32,000 nucleotides of DNA, taken from assembly GCA_002794465.1 (NCBI GenBank), contig MTSL01000035.1, forward strand, positions 2,039-34,038, written 5' to 3'. Source of the stretch: Paramicrosporidium saccamoebae KSL3 (Eukaryota > Fungi > Cryptomycota). The position numbers were made by a program, and so were the translations under genes. Under the pieces are notes generated by a model. It was not told the DNA's origin. It made no database searches and saw nothing but the letters and a program-made list of their open reading frames with translations. Shown here piece by piece: positions 1 to 11,463 of the stretch (position 1 is the stretch's first letter; each line of letters opens with the position of its first letter).

Positions 1-552
1 TGCGGTCCCGTTTCATGCAACAACCTTTTTTTCGGGTTCGAATTGCAAAGCCAGCATTGGAACCATAAGCGCCACAAATGAACAGTAGTGACGACTCATG
101 AGCACGGGTTATGGCTCTCCAGCTGGACTGTGGGTGATTCACAGGAGCCTCGACAATGGGGAAGTCTTGCTATGACTCATGGATTGTAAACGCCTTTACG
201 AGCAGCCGAATCGTTCAAAATTAACAAGCTAGTCCTTATCTTTGCATTACATGTTCACAGCAATGGTATATTAAACACTCCAGTTCGCCCCATATGTCCA
301 AGCCACATTATATTAAAGGCCTCATTAGCAATTATAAAACCGCATCCGCCAATGATTGATGGCCTCCATCCATATAGTTACCTGTGATGCGAGCACGGTT
401 AGGCTTGAAAAGATCATCTTACATACTATGGTTCTGTATTGCGAGACCATTGGCCACACACGCATAAATATATATGCCTATAAGCATTCGCACCTACCTA
501 CACACTCGCCTCCTCCTTCACGCTCGCACCGACACTTGCTTACATATATGGT

Positions 553-2169
553 TTAGTGAATAAAAGGCAGTTTGACAAATCCTAATCCAAGCAAAAGTGC
601 ACAGGGAAGGTACAACATGTACACGGTGAGAAGGACAAAGCCAAAGTTGCGGGGTATCATAAAGTCAAACTTGAACGGAACAAGAATCAACAGGGACAGG
701 ATGACAATTGCCAGAACGACAAGTGCAAAGTAAATGTCGAACCGTAGGGATGACACCAAAACACTGTGGTGGGGGTTTTGCAATGCGGCAACCAAGAAGC
801 CAGCCCCTATGGTCAAAAGCACATTTTGCACGGGGCCAGAAAGAATTGCCGTTACAGCCGTCTCAAAGGCACCGTTTTTAGCAATTGCAATATCGGCCAC
901 CAGGTCCCCAAAGGAATTTCCCCATGCCAGGACAAGGATGCCCATGACAGTAGGGGAAACTCCCAGGAATGCTCCAGTGGACGACAGACAGGACACCAAC
1001 TCACTGCTGGTGGCGTAAATCCAAAGGATACAGGTGCAGAAAGAGTACAATACATGCAGTGGGAATAGCTTTGACCGAGCCCCCCAAGAGGTGGAGAGCC
1101 AGAGAGCAATGGACAAGCCAAGCGACGTGGCTCCGTAGATGGACCAGATGTACCAAGGAATTTCCAAAAGGGGGGGTCCCAGTAATAGTATATACAAAAG
1201 GAGAGATAGGGGAGGGTTCACTACACAACGAAGCCTATGAAGGAAGCGCAGGGAAACCCACTGGCGGTGGTCAGGATGGTCTTCGGGGATTTCAAGAGGC
1301 AGGATTGTACAGTTCAAAATAAGACTGATCGGTGCCTTTATGGCTAACAGTAGTAGTCGAAGGACTGTTTGAGCGGTCGAGCTATTCCAGGTGTCATCCC
1401 AACAGGTAATTCTCAGCGAGTACCCGAATCGGCGAAGCAAGGAAAGTTGCCTACAGCCTTCAAGAACCTTTTGACGAGCTTCCACATTCTCCAAGCTCAT
1501 TGAAGCAAGTGACAAGGAAACACGCCGATCTCTTGGCTTTTTAAAGTGCACCGCAATGGAGACGCCTAGATACACAAAATAGATTCCAACAAAGGTTAAT
1601 GGAAGCCAAAACGGAATCGTCCTCATAAATGCAAGCAGCGCGAGTAATACAACACACACAAAGTACATGCCTGTGCTCCGAAGGAACGAAAAGGGATCCA
1701 CAGAGTGGCTAATATCAAGGCACCGGAATAGCCCAGTATCAATTTCTGGCAACGGCGCCGATTCCTCGGGCTTACCGTCTGGCCTAATAGTAGTCCTTCC
1801 CTGACCTGGCCGCCTTGCCACAAGCAGGACAAGACCAAATATAACAGTTACAATAAAGAGCCCTGACCCGACACTGCTTCCCAAAATCATTTCGGGCTCG
1901 TCACCCGCTCCAAAGACAGCAGTGAAAAAGTCTGGAGCTCCATTTCCAAAGGCCAAAAGCGTCAAGCCAGCCATATCGGGGGAGAGGCGACAGAGCTGAG
2001 ACAAGTGTTCCAACGCCCAGGTAAAGTGGCGGTCGGCAATCGCGTACATTGAGTAGAACAAGGCCACTATCCACACCAAAATGAGGACGTAGAATAGCCA
2101 CCGCCAGTTTTCAGAGAACAACTGATGCAGATACTCATAGGGAACCAGGAAGCCTGACTCATTTCCCAT
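553..2169 (-). CDS. Cation/Ca2+ exchanger (CaCA superfamily, CCX/NCLX/Ycx1-like), multi-pass membrane protein
   Basis: 538-aa ORF with alpha-1 repeat (AGLTLLAFGNGAPDFF) and alpha-2 repeat (GILVLAWGNSFGDLVAD) and many hydrophobic helices. Confidence 0.92.
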   Translation of the reverse strand: MGNESGFLVPYEYLHQLFSENWRWLFYVLILVWIVALFYSMYAIADRHFTWALEHLSQLCRLSPDMAGLTLLAFGNGAPDFFTAVFGAGDEPEMILGSSVGSGLFIVTVIFGLVLLVARRPGQGRTTIRPDGKPEESAPLPEIDTGLFRCLDISHSVDPFSFLRSTGMYFVCVVLLALLAFMRTIPFWLPLTFVGIYFVYLGVSIAVHFKKPRDRRVSLSLASMSLENVEARQKVLEGCRQLSLLRRFGYSLRITCWDDTWNSSTAQTVLRLLLLAIKAPISLILNCTILPLEIPEDHPDHRQWVSLRFLHRLRCVVNPPLSLLLYILLLGPPLLEIPWYIWSIYGATSLGLSIALWLSTSWGARSKLFPLHVLYSFCTCILWIYATSSELVSCLSSTGAFLGVSPTVMGILVLAWGNSFGDLVADIAIAKNGAFETAVTAILSGPVQNVLLTIGAGFLVAALQNPHHSVLVSSLRFDIYFALVVLAIVILSLLILVPFKFDFMIPRNFGFVLLTVYMLYLPCALLLGLGFVKLPFIH

Positions 2170-2412
2170 TTTGGACCAGGCCTTGGTACGAGTCGCTTAA
2201 TTACTCTTGAAATTTATATAAGCATAAAGCCACTCTCCCTACTAGTACATATAAATATCCCATTACATTACATCATACTGTACGGAACGGATGATATTAG
2301 TTTCTACATACCAAGATTCCTTGTTTATTTTAGTCCCACTCTGATTGGTCGCTTAAATTGGGATTGCGATATCTCGACCAGTTGAAAGGCGGTAGCGCTC
2401 CAACCTAGCACG

Positions 2413-4002
2413 ATGGATAGCAAGCCTCAGAATCAATACAAGTTGGAAGACGGGACCATAGTCTCAACTACGGAACGCTTCTGCCAAGGTAATGGGTGTT
2501 GCATGAGACTGAATATTGTAGAAGTGCCGGAAGTGGCGACCGCGGTACCGTCCGATGAGCAGCTCTTTCCGAATGGAGGTGCACCGGATGCAAAGTTTCT
2601 GAGGCATCACTTTTTCCAAGAAGGGAAGCTGACAAATGAGCAGACTCTCAAATTGATAGAGGATGGCACCAGGATCCTCCGGTCGGAGCCGAATTTGCTG
2701 CGGACCGACGCGCCAATTACCGTGTGTGGGGATATCCATGGTCAGTATTTTGATCTTTTAAAGCTATTCGACATTTCTGGGGGCGAGCCTCCCGCTCACA
2801 AGTACATCTTCCTGGGGGACTATGTCGATCGCGGCTATTTCTCCCTGGAATGCTACCTGTATCTTCTGGCTCTCAAAATCAATTACCCTGACCAGATTTA
2901 CATGCTGCGGGGGAACCATGAATGTCGACACTTGACAAAACATTTCACATTCAAACTCGAGTGCACCTTCAAGTACGGCGAAGCCATTTACGATGCCTGC
3001 ATGACCTCGTTTGACAGTTTGCCCATTGCTGCAGTAGTAAACAAGCAATTCTTCTGTGTTCACGGCGGAATCTCTCCATCACTAAAGACACCCGATGACG
3101 TCAATTCGTTTGATCGTTTCAGAGAGCCACCGAAAAGTGGAATAATGTGCGATCTGCTCTGGACTGATCCGACAGAAGACTATGGCACCGAGGACCATGA
3201 TGACGAATTTGTTCACAATGGTGCTCGTGGATGTTCATACCGTTATAGCTACAAGGCAGTGTGTAATTTCATCTCACGCAACCATCTCCTCTCTGTCATT
3301 CGTGGCCACGAAGCTCAAGATGCTGGTTTTAGATTATATAGGCAAGCCGAGCAGAGCGAGTTTCCGTCGCTGATTACCCTCTTTAGCGCAGCAAACTATG
3401 TCGACGTCTACAATAACAAGGGTGCCGTGATGAAATATGATGGCAAGGTAATGAACATTCGTCAGTTCAACTGTGCCCCTCATCCGTATTTTCTCCCAAA
3501 ATTCATGAACGTCTTTGACTGGTCCCTCCCCTTTGTTGGCGAAAAGATTGCAGACCTACTCATGGCAGTGCTCAATGTCCCCAGTCTAAACATGAAGCTG
3601 GCAACTCTGTCGGATGATCAACGCACTCAGCTAGAAAGGGAAAAGAAGATTAAAATGGATGTCATCAAGAGCAAGATTCGGGCCATTGGAAGAGTAAACA
3701 AAATGTTTGCCACAGTCCGAGATGAGCGTGAGACTCTAACTGAGCTGATGAATGTGATGGGAACAACGATTGTCCCTGCTTCATACCTCACTCTTGGCCA
3801 TGAGGATTTGCGAAAAGCTATTCGTTCATTCGAGCAAGCAAGGAGGAGTGACAGCATTAATGAAATGCTTCCACCCGACGACGACACTGGCAGCGTCATT
3901 TCTCTTGCCCTCAGTGATTCCAGCTCGACAAAGATGAATATTGATCAGCAAAACGCGCCGCATGTGGAGAGTCCAACACCACAAATACAGGGCCGAGAAT
4001 AA
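2413..4002 (+). CDS. CNA1: Calcineurin A (PP2B catalytic subunit); predicted in-frame 33-nt intron 2489-2521, ~518 aa
   Basis: PPP motifs GDIHGQ, GDYVDRG and RGNHE; SAANY loop; CnB-binding FMNVFDWSLPFVGEK; CaM-binding IKSKIRAIG; autoinhibitory SFEQARRSDSINEMLPP. Removing gtaatg...tgtag gives ERFCQEVP, which matches the fungal N-terminus. Confidence 0.97.
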   Translation: MDSKPQNQYKLEDGTIVSTTERFCQGNGCCMRLNIVEVPEVATAVPSDEQLFPNGGAPDAKFLRHHFFQEGKLTNEQTLKLIEDGTRILRSEPNLLRTDAPITVCGDIHGQYFDLLKLFDISGGEPPAHKYIFLGDYVDRGYFSLECYLYLLALKINYPDQIYMLRGNHECRHLTKHFTFKLECTFKYGEAIYDACMTSFDSLPIAAVVNKQFFCVHGGISPSLKTPDDVNSFDRFREPPKSGIMCDLLWTDPTEDYGTEDHDDEFVHNGARGCSYRYSYKAVCNFISRNHLLSVIRGHEAQDAGFRLYRQAEQSEFPSLITLFSAANYVDVYNNKGAVMKYDGKVMNIRQFNCAPHPYFLPKFMNVFDWSLPFVGEKIADLLMAVLNVPSLNMKLATLSDDQRTQLEREKKIKMDVIKSKIRAIGRVNKMFATVRDERETLTELMNVMGTTIVPASYLTLGHEDLRKAIRSFEQARRSDSINEMLPPDDDTGSVISLALSDSSSTKMNIDQQNAPHVESPTPQIQGRE

Positions 4003-4003
4003 A
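3998..4003 (+). terminator. AATAAA polyadenylation signal overlapping the CNA1 stop codon (representative of several)
   Basis: GAA TAA A. The same arrangement occurs at 12140-12145, 13368-13373, 14802-14807, 15163-15168 and 20519-20524. Confidence 0.6.
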
Positions 4004-4179
4004 GACTTTATGTATTAGAGTGCGAGGTTTACGGTCCCATAGTAAGGAAATTACCATGGATTCTTCCCCCATCACGCCACATGATCACTTTACTACTTTA
4101 CACACTGCGCGCCTTGTCTATTCCTCACGTCCCTCCAGTCTTACCCCCCTTCCCGTAATCTCGAAATCTTACATTTATC

Positions 4180-5141
4180 TCATGTTATAAGTAAATCTAA
4201 CAGATCAGCAGATCTGGTCTTTTGAAGGAATCCTGCAAACAAATCCCGAACCTTATCGTTCACTATTTCACACGCGCTAAAGGGCTGTAAAAGAATGCAA
4301 ATGTCACCCAACTCTGGCCTTTTGATGGTAAAGTCAAAAGAGCTGGAGCAAATGACAAAGAGTTCTGGTCGTTTCCGCACCGCTTCCAAGAGGGTTCCAT
4401 ATAGTAGCTTTGAAATTTGAGAAATCTGTGCTTTAAACAAGGATAGCTCCCGATCGTCTTGCAGTGAGGGAAGGGGAAGAGTTCCTCCGTTCACAGTCAG
4501 CATCATCAACTCGCTTATCCTTGGAATCATAATCTGTCCGTTGCAGTCAATCACTCCGGTCAACTGAAGAGGAGACTTTGGGTAAACTGGATGCAGAATT
4601 TGACTGATGCCCGCATCAACCAGCCAGTTGTCTCGATTGCGAGTCAATCTCCAACCACCAGATTTGAGGGGGATAACATTACTAGTCAAGAACTTTTCCT
4701 GCGACACAAGAGAATCCCTTAATCGTGCGGCTTCCTTACGCAGGGTTTCGGCAACTTTGGCTACATCTGGGCGGCATTTTGTCATAGCAACTGGGGGGAC
4801 GCTGGCAGTCGGGATTTCGACAGTAGATAGCGGGCCGCTGGAACTGACGCCATCGAGAACATCCAGAATTACCCGCATCTCTCCATAAACGGCACTAACG
4901 ATGAGTAAAAATACGGTACAAGCATCGCACTTGATTAACGTCATGAATTTCGAGAATTCAAAATTACTCTCATTGGGCTTCTCATCCTCTGCAGCAAGCC
5001 TTTTCCATACATTTCCCATAAACTCGTCCACTTCGCTAAGAGATAATGACATCAACTTTGTATGTACGATATTTCCACCGCCTCCCCGTTCTCATCATAA
5101 TGGGATAGCATATACGAAAGTGAATATTCGTATCTTTTCAT
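4180..5141 (-). CDS. Mediator subunit Med17/Srb4-like (shortened, ~309 aa); intron 5036-5067; start at ATG 5141 or 5111
   Basis: AETLRKEAARLRDSLVSQEKF...GGWRL resembles the Med17 A.RL..E...E..YW...GW helix. A 32-nt GTACAT...CTTAG intron joins an ATG-bearing exon in frame (TC|C GAA). Recognised by eye only. Confidence 0.45.
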
Positions 5142-6494
5142 GAGTAAACTTGTCCAAGTGTGGGAGAGCAGCTATACGTTCACTGAAGATGAGCTGGGAT
5201 TTTTTGCGCAATCTCAAAAAGACTTATCGCAGCCCTTTATCCTGCCGAGTGTAAGGAAAATTAAACCCGGCCCTAAGTGTAGCCCACCATTGATGCCGAA
5301 TCATGCTGGGTGGAAGACGAGACTCGGTGCAGTGTCCAAACGTTTGTGACACTATCTGACGAGATTGGTCCAGAGGCCATGTACACTGTGACTCCAAGTA
5401 ACCTTGCAGGCAGCTCCAACAAAAGCTTCAAGAGCGTGTACAGGGTGCAGAATCGCTGATTAATGTTTTGGAATTGCTCGGAAAAAGAGTGCTCGAACTC
5501 CAAGATTCCCACGAAAAGGTCAAGTCGAAATCCTTGGTAATGCAGAGTCTATGGGATGGCCTTGTAACCAAGCAGGTAGCTTGCAGCGTGACACCTGATT
5601 CAGTAGACTGAATTTACTCGAGTCTTGGACAATTTAAAGGCGATTCTTGATCCATACACTGACTATGAGATGCTGCACAAGATTCTATTGCCAAAAGAAG
5701 GCCAGGATTGCCTGTCAGCGGGTTTTTGCGAGTCTTTTCAAAAGGCCGTAAACTATTTTGAAAATCTAGCCAAACGAGTACCCCCCATAAAGTAGAGCTA
5801 ACCTGTTCATTTTAGCCAGACCATTTGGATTCCACACTGTATGCCCAACGATACCAAAATTTGATTGCCTTTGGGACCAAATCTTTAATCAGCGCTATAA
5901 CTATGGAATTTGACAATGTCACAAAAGCGTCTAGTCTACGATTCCGAGAGGCAAAGCTGGCTATACTTGCCGATGTGAATGCAGATTTCCTAGTGTCCGT
6001 TTTAAAGCTATCAGTGGCCGTTCAAGTCCTCGGGAATTGTGGAGATGTTGTCAAGGAATGTGCCGACGGAATAGTCCAGGTGGCAAACCGATACTTTGCA
6101 AGTAGATCATCCCTGCTTCACTTTTTCTTTACTAATTATCCGGTTGATGAATCAAGTCCATCCATGGCCATTTGCGCCTTGATCGAAATGATGAATCACG
6201 TCTTGAGAGAGGAGCGATCTATTGCTGAACGCCTCTTTGGCCCATTGCTGCCATCCTTCTCGATCCAATACAAGTAGGGAATGGTAGTCTATTCTCATGT
6301 TTAGGCAATTCGTAGAGTCATTCCTCTTGCCCGTATTGAAGCGCATCCGGGAAATTTACGAATCCGCCTCGGAAGGAGATGCCAAAACCGTTGCTCTTGA
6401 AGCAATCTCCAAATTGCGCGCTCCCAGAGCACTCAATGATGACCAACGCCGCATCCTTAATGTCCTTCAAGAGTACTTTAATCATAATGGATAA
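5140..6494 (+). CDS. COG3: COG3/Sec34-like Golgi tethering subunit, C-terminally shortened (~397 aa); exons 5140-5250, 5283-5380, 5410-5575, 5607-5777, 5816-6273, 6305-6494
   Basis: Five GT-AG introns (32, 29, 31, 38, 31 nt) give a continuous 1194-nt frame. VKSKSLVMQSLWDGLVTKQ, LDPYTDYE, PDHLDSTLYAQRYQNL and VLREERSIAERLF align by eye with the COG3 segments VSNKT..LH..CEQL..EQ, LSYFNELE, PNFKD..Y..KFKQC and VCQDEHQLY.EFF. Confidence 0.75.
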
Positions 6495-6540
6495 ACTATA
6501 AATGATCAAAAAATATCAATCAATCACATATGTGTCGTGT

Positions 6541-6650
6541 GGTGAAAAGAGACAAAGTGAGGCGAAAAGAGGTAAAAAGTGGCAAAAAGTGGTAAAAAGC
6601 GGCAAAAAGTGGCAAAAAGTGGCAAAAAGTGGTAAAAAGTGGCAAAAGAA
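6541..6650. repeat. 10-bp tandem array GG(C/T)AAAAAGT, ~11 units (7 near-perfect)
   Basis: Directly visible in 10-bp register from 6541. Confidence 0.95.
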
Positions 6651-6700
6651 GTCGTGTTCATTGTTAATCGACCGACATAATTCGAGCGAGACGAAAACTT

Positions 6701-6735
6701 GCTAACTGTTAACTGCTAACTGCTAACTGCTCACT
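6701..6735. repeat. 7-bp tandem array GCTAACT x5 (degenerate)
   Basis: gctaact gttaact gctaact gctaact gctcact. Confidence 0.85.
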
Positions 6736-6818
6736 GTTCTCGGATACCCAACTAACCAATCCTCTATATCACAAACAGGAATCAAATTAATGGAATTACT
6801 TTCGTTATTTAACAAAAG

Positions 6819-8171
6819 CTAATCTCTATTATCGTCCCAGTTGACGAATACTAGCAAAACCACTGCAAAGAGCAGCACAATCCCAGCAAAGGCAAAGTAA
6901 TGGAATGGCGAGGGGATAAAGACGAGTGACAGGAACACTGTTGTTGCCGTCAGCACCAGCATGGTAAGCCAAAAGCCCATTGGTGAGAGGTATCCAAGTC
7001 GTAAGCCACAGATCATACTCCGATGTTCACTGTCATCGAGGAGGCCCCAGGCATTTCGCATTTCGAATCGTTGTCGTTGGGCCGTCTGCTGAGTGCCTCG
7101 GGCCAGCGGTCGTCCATCAGGGCCCAGCACTGTCAGATCATATGGCAAGTCTGATCTCCGATGAAGCTGAAATAGCTGATAGTCGTCCGGATTCACAGAG
7201 TTGACCTTGAAAAAGTCTCTTATATCTGCCCTCATTAAAAAATCATCGTCGGTTCCGAAAAACGATGCCTCGTAAATGACCGGTACTGGACTCGTGTCGT
7301 CGTCCAACTGACTTAGATCTAGTACCGTGGGTCCCGTCTGCGTCACTTCGGGCAGACTTGATGTGCTCTGATTGCCCAGTTGCATCGATTCAGACATACT
7401 TCTCCTGTGACTAAAGCTGGAGCATCGCGCTACCGTGTCCAACTCGGAATGTCCCACCGAGCTCCTCAGCACATCCTGCTGCTCTCTCCTCATCTGCCTC
7501 TCGGCCCAAGCGCGGTCAAACTCTTCCACCGTCACTGCAAAGTAGTGCACATCGCCAACAATGAGCATGTTATTTAGGGGATTCCGGCTCTTCATCCGGT
7601 GCAAAAGTCCTTCTTCTGGCTGTGTCCTGAATATTACTCTGTTGATGTGGTGTGCCGCATAGTACGAAAAGTAGAGTTTTGTTAGGTTATTGGGATCGAC
7701 CGTGGTCACTCTTGCCAGCAAAAAACTCTTCCCCGACACTCTTGCCACCCTAATTAGTGACTCGAACGTCTCTAAGGTAAACGTTTCCTCATTAGCAGCG
7801 TCGAGGTACTCTGCATCTGAATCGTGATTGGTCTGCGAACTGTCAACTTGGTCCATGGATTTCATAGTGTCTTCATGGGCATCCTCTTCCAGCGCAATCT
7901 TTTTGGCCTCGGCCAGATCTATGATGGGGGCGCCGAGCAGTCGGATCAGTCCAGTATTCTTCTTCTGCGACGGGTTATTTTCAGTCTTGTTAGTCTCAGG
8001 GCCGGTCTCAGGATTTGCCTCTGCAACACTGCTGCGGATCGAGTTGGGCTCTGCCGCGTTGGCGACATCGGGAGGAGTGGTATTTAGTAATGGTTTACGT
8101 GGCGACTCGCAAGGGCTATTCACCTGGGGTATCATGCTGAATGCATATGTCAGAGATTTTCTCCTTAGCAC
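6819..8171 (-). CDS. Hypothetical protein with conserved-looking central domain and two C-terminal TM helices (possibly DUF5092-like)
   Basis: 450-aa ATG ORF. Ordered block FTLETF...FLLARVTTVDP...YFSYYAAHHINRVIFRTQPEEGLLHRMKSRNPLNNM. Two hydrophobic helices at the C-terminus. The family name is from memory and uncertain. Confidence 0.7.
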   Translation of the reverse strand: MLRRKSLTYAFSMIPQVNSPCESPRKPLLNTTPPDVANAAEPNSIRSSVAEANPETGPETNKTENNPSQKKNTGLIRLLGAPIIDLAEAKKIALEEDAHEDTMKSMDQVDSSQTNHDSDAEYLDAANEETFTLETFESLIRVARVSGKSFLLARVTTVDPNNLTKLYFSYYAAHHINRVIFRTQPEEGLLHRMKSRNPLNNMLIVGDVHYFAVTVEEFDRAWAERQMRREQQDVLRSSVGHSELDTVARCSSFSHRRSMSESMQLGNQSTSSLPEVTQTGPTVLDLSQLDDDTSPVPVIYEASFFGTDDDFLMRADIRDFFKVNSVNPDDYQLFQLHRRSDLPYDLTVLGPDGRPLARGTQQTAQRQRFEMRNAWGLLDDSEHRSMICGLRLGYLSPMGFWLTMLVLTATTVFLSLVFIPSPFHYFAFAGIVLLFAVVLLVFVNWDDNRD

Positions 8172-8348
8172 TATAACTACTACTGGGGAAAACGGAGACT
8201 TCTATTCTTGGAATATGCTGCCCAATGGCAATTGCTCGGAATATTACCCCTTACTCCTGATTGGTAAACAAATCTCCTGACCAGCCAATGGAGCCATAAT
8301 GATTTATTGGTTACTAAAAAGAGAGACTCTAGGGTACAATCGGGAATT

Positions 8349-10222
<1,874 letters not shown>

Positions 10223-10406
10223 CGAATAAGAAGTTGACCGGGGTCCATTTCTGTTTTTCAACCATCCCCGGCGTGGCGCTCTGGAAACACCGAAATGGCC
10301 CACACATGCTATCATCGAATTAACAAGGTTTATTGTTTGCAGCTCATCCTGACTCTGCAGTTTATCTTTTGACTTTTGCTCGCCGAAAACACATCTCTCT
10401 TACAAT

Positions 10407-10891
10407 TCACTCTGAATCTTCCGTCCGTTTCTTAGTCTTTGCCCTCCAGAGACGTGCCATCCCCTCACAAATCCCGACATCTTTTGTGTTGTATTGGTAG
10501 AGTCCGTACATGGTTCCCAACGTTCCAGCATAAAGCAATGCCATGGCCAGTGGGTATATCATTGGGAATTTGCGTTTCGGTAGGTAATCTATGATGATGG
10601 AGGAGAAGCCCAGGTGGCAGTGGAGGGGAAAGACCACTCCGATGGCAAAGTCTACAAGGTGGCTTGGAAAGCTTACGGCCGCGCCGATTAAACCGAGACT
10701 GGCCACAGACAAAGCCCGCTCGTATATCCAATGGTAGCTCCCATGCCAAGGGTCAATCTTTTCGCCAGCTAGAGAGTTATTTCTTCCAACCACTAGGTAC
10801 CAAGGGTCGTATTAACGGATGGTTCCGGCCCTGCCGTGTAGCGTCGAAGATTAGTAACATGAAAAGTCCGACTTGTAAGCCGCCGAAGCAT
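10407..10891 (-). CDS. SDH4: Succinate dehydrogenase cytochrome b small subunit (CybS, SDH4/TIM18 family); 32-nt intron 10769-10800; 150 aa
   Basis: HGSYHWIYER, HCHLGFSSIIIDYLPKRK and GICEGMARLW motifs. The spliced exon 1 (MLRRLTSRTFHVTNLRRY) looks like a mitochondrial presequence. Confidence 0.92.
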
Positions 10892-10941
10892 TGAAAATCC
10901 CACCGAAATTACAATTAAATCAATTCTCGTAAACCGGTTGG

Positions 10942-11223
10942 ATGATATATCGGCCTGCTCCGGTCACAGAGGTAAAGGCTGCCATCATAGATGAACAGCT
11001 GCGCAGTATAATACTGGCAGACCGTGCGAATAATGTACCAAGTCATGCAAATTCTGACGATCCCGGGTTTGTGCCCGCCGAAGGGCGCCTTACTGCAATC
11101 AAAAGGAGAGTCGCTGTTCTGCAAGCACAAAGAGCACGACTTTTACAACAAGTCCCAACGCGCGCAAACACCACAGCAACGGCTGAGAATTTTGAACAAG
11201 ACGTCATTGACGCAGAATCCTGA
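10942..11223 (+). CDS. Small hypothetical protein (93 aa); N-terminus weakly APC/C Cdc26-like
   Basis: ATG ORF divergent from SDH4 with a 50-nt gap; AATAAA at 11234-11239 just after the stop. The Cdc26 resemblance (MIYRPAP vs MIRRAPT) is weak. Confidence 0.55.
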   Translation: MIYRPAPVTEVKAAIIDEQLRSIILADRANNVPSHANSDDPGFVPAEGRLTAIKRRVAVLQAQRARLLQQVPTRANTTATAENFEQDVIDAES

Positions 11224-11463
11224 CACTGTAAATAATAAAAGTTAGACATGGTAAACAGAAGAATATTGCGTAGGTAGATTGGAAAGGGGTAAGGAGAGAA
11301 ATGTGAAAATCCGTTCATTATTATTAGTCCAACAGTCTCTACAAGCTATAGAAACATTGCGAGAAACACCATACCACCACCCTATGTAGGACACAGTACT
11401 CTAAACACAGATTAGACGGATCTTTCAGCTCCTAGAGGTTACAAATTTATTGTCTTGCAGCTC

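Noticed and set aside
181-210. U5 loop-I-like CGCCTTTAC
   Set aside because: One T short of GCCTTTTAC, with no closing stem.
1-350. Possible partial spliced gene on the minus strand running off the left edge
   Set aside because: A ~56-codon open frame and a 30-nt GT-AG candidate exist, but no consistent upstream exon or recognisable protein.
2225-2240. Crz1/CDRE-like site (GTGGCT) in the exchanger-calcineurin promoter
   Set aside because: Only a partial match to GNGGC(G/T)CA, expected by chance.
6502-6705. ORF with GKKWQKV repeats
   Set aside because: Translation artefact of the 10-bp array.
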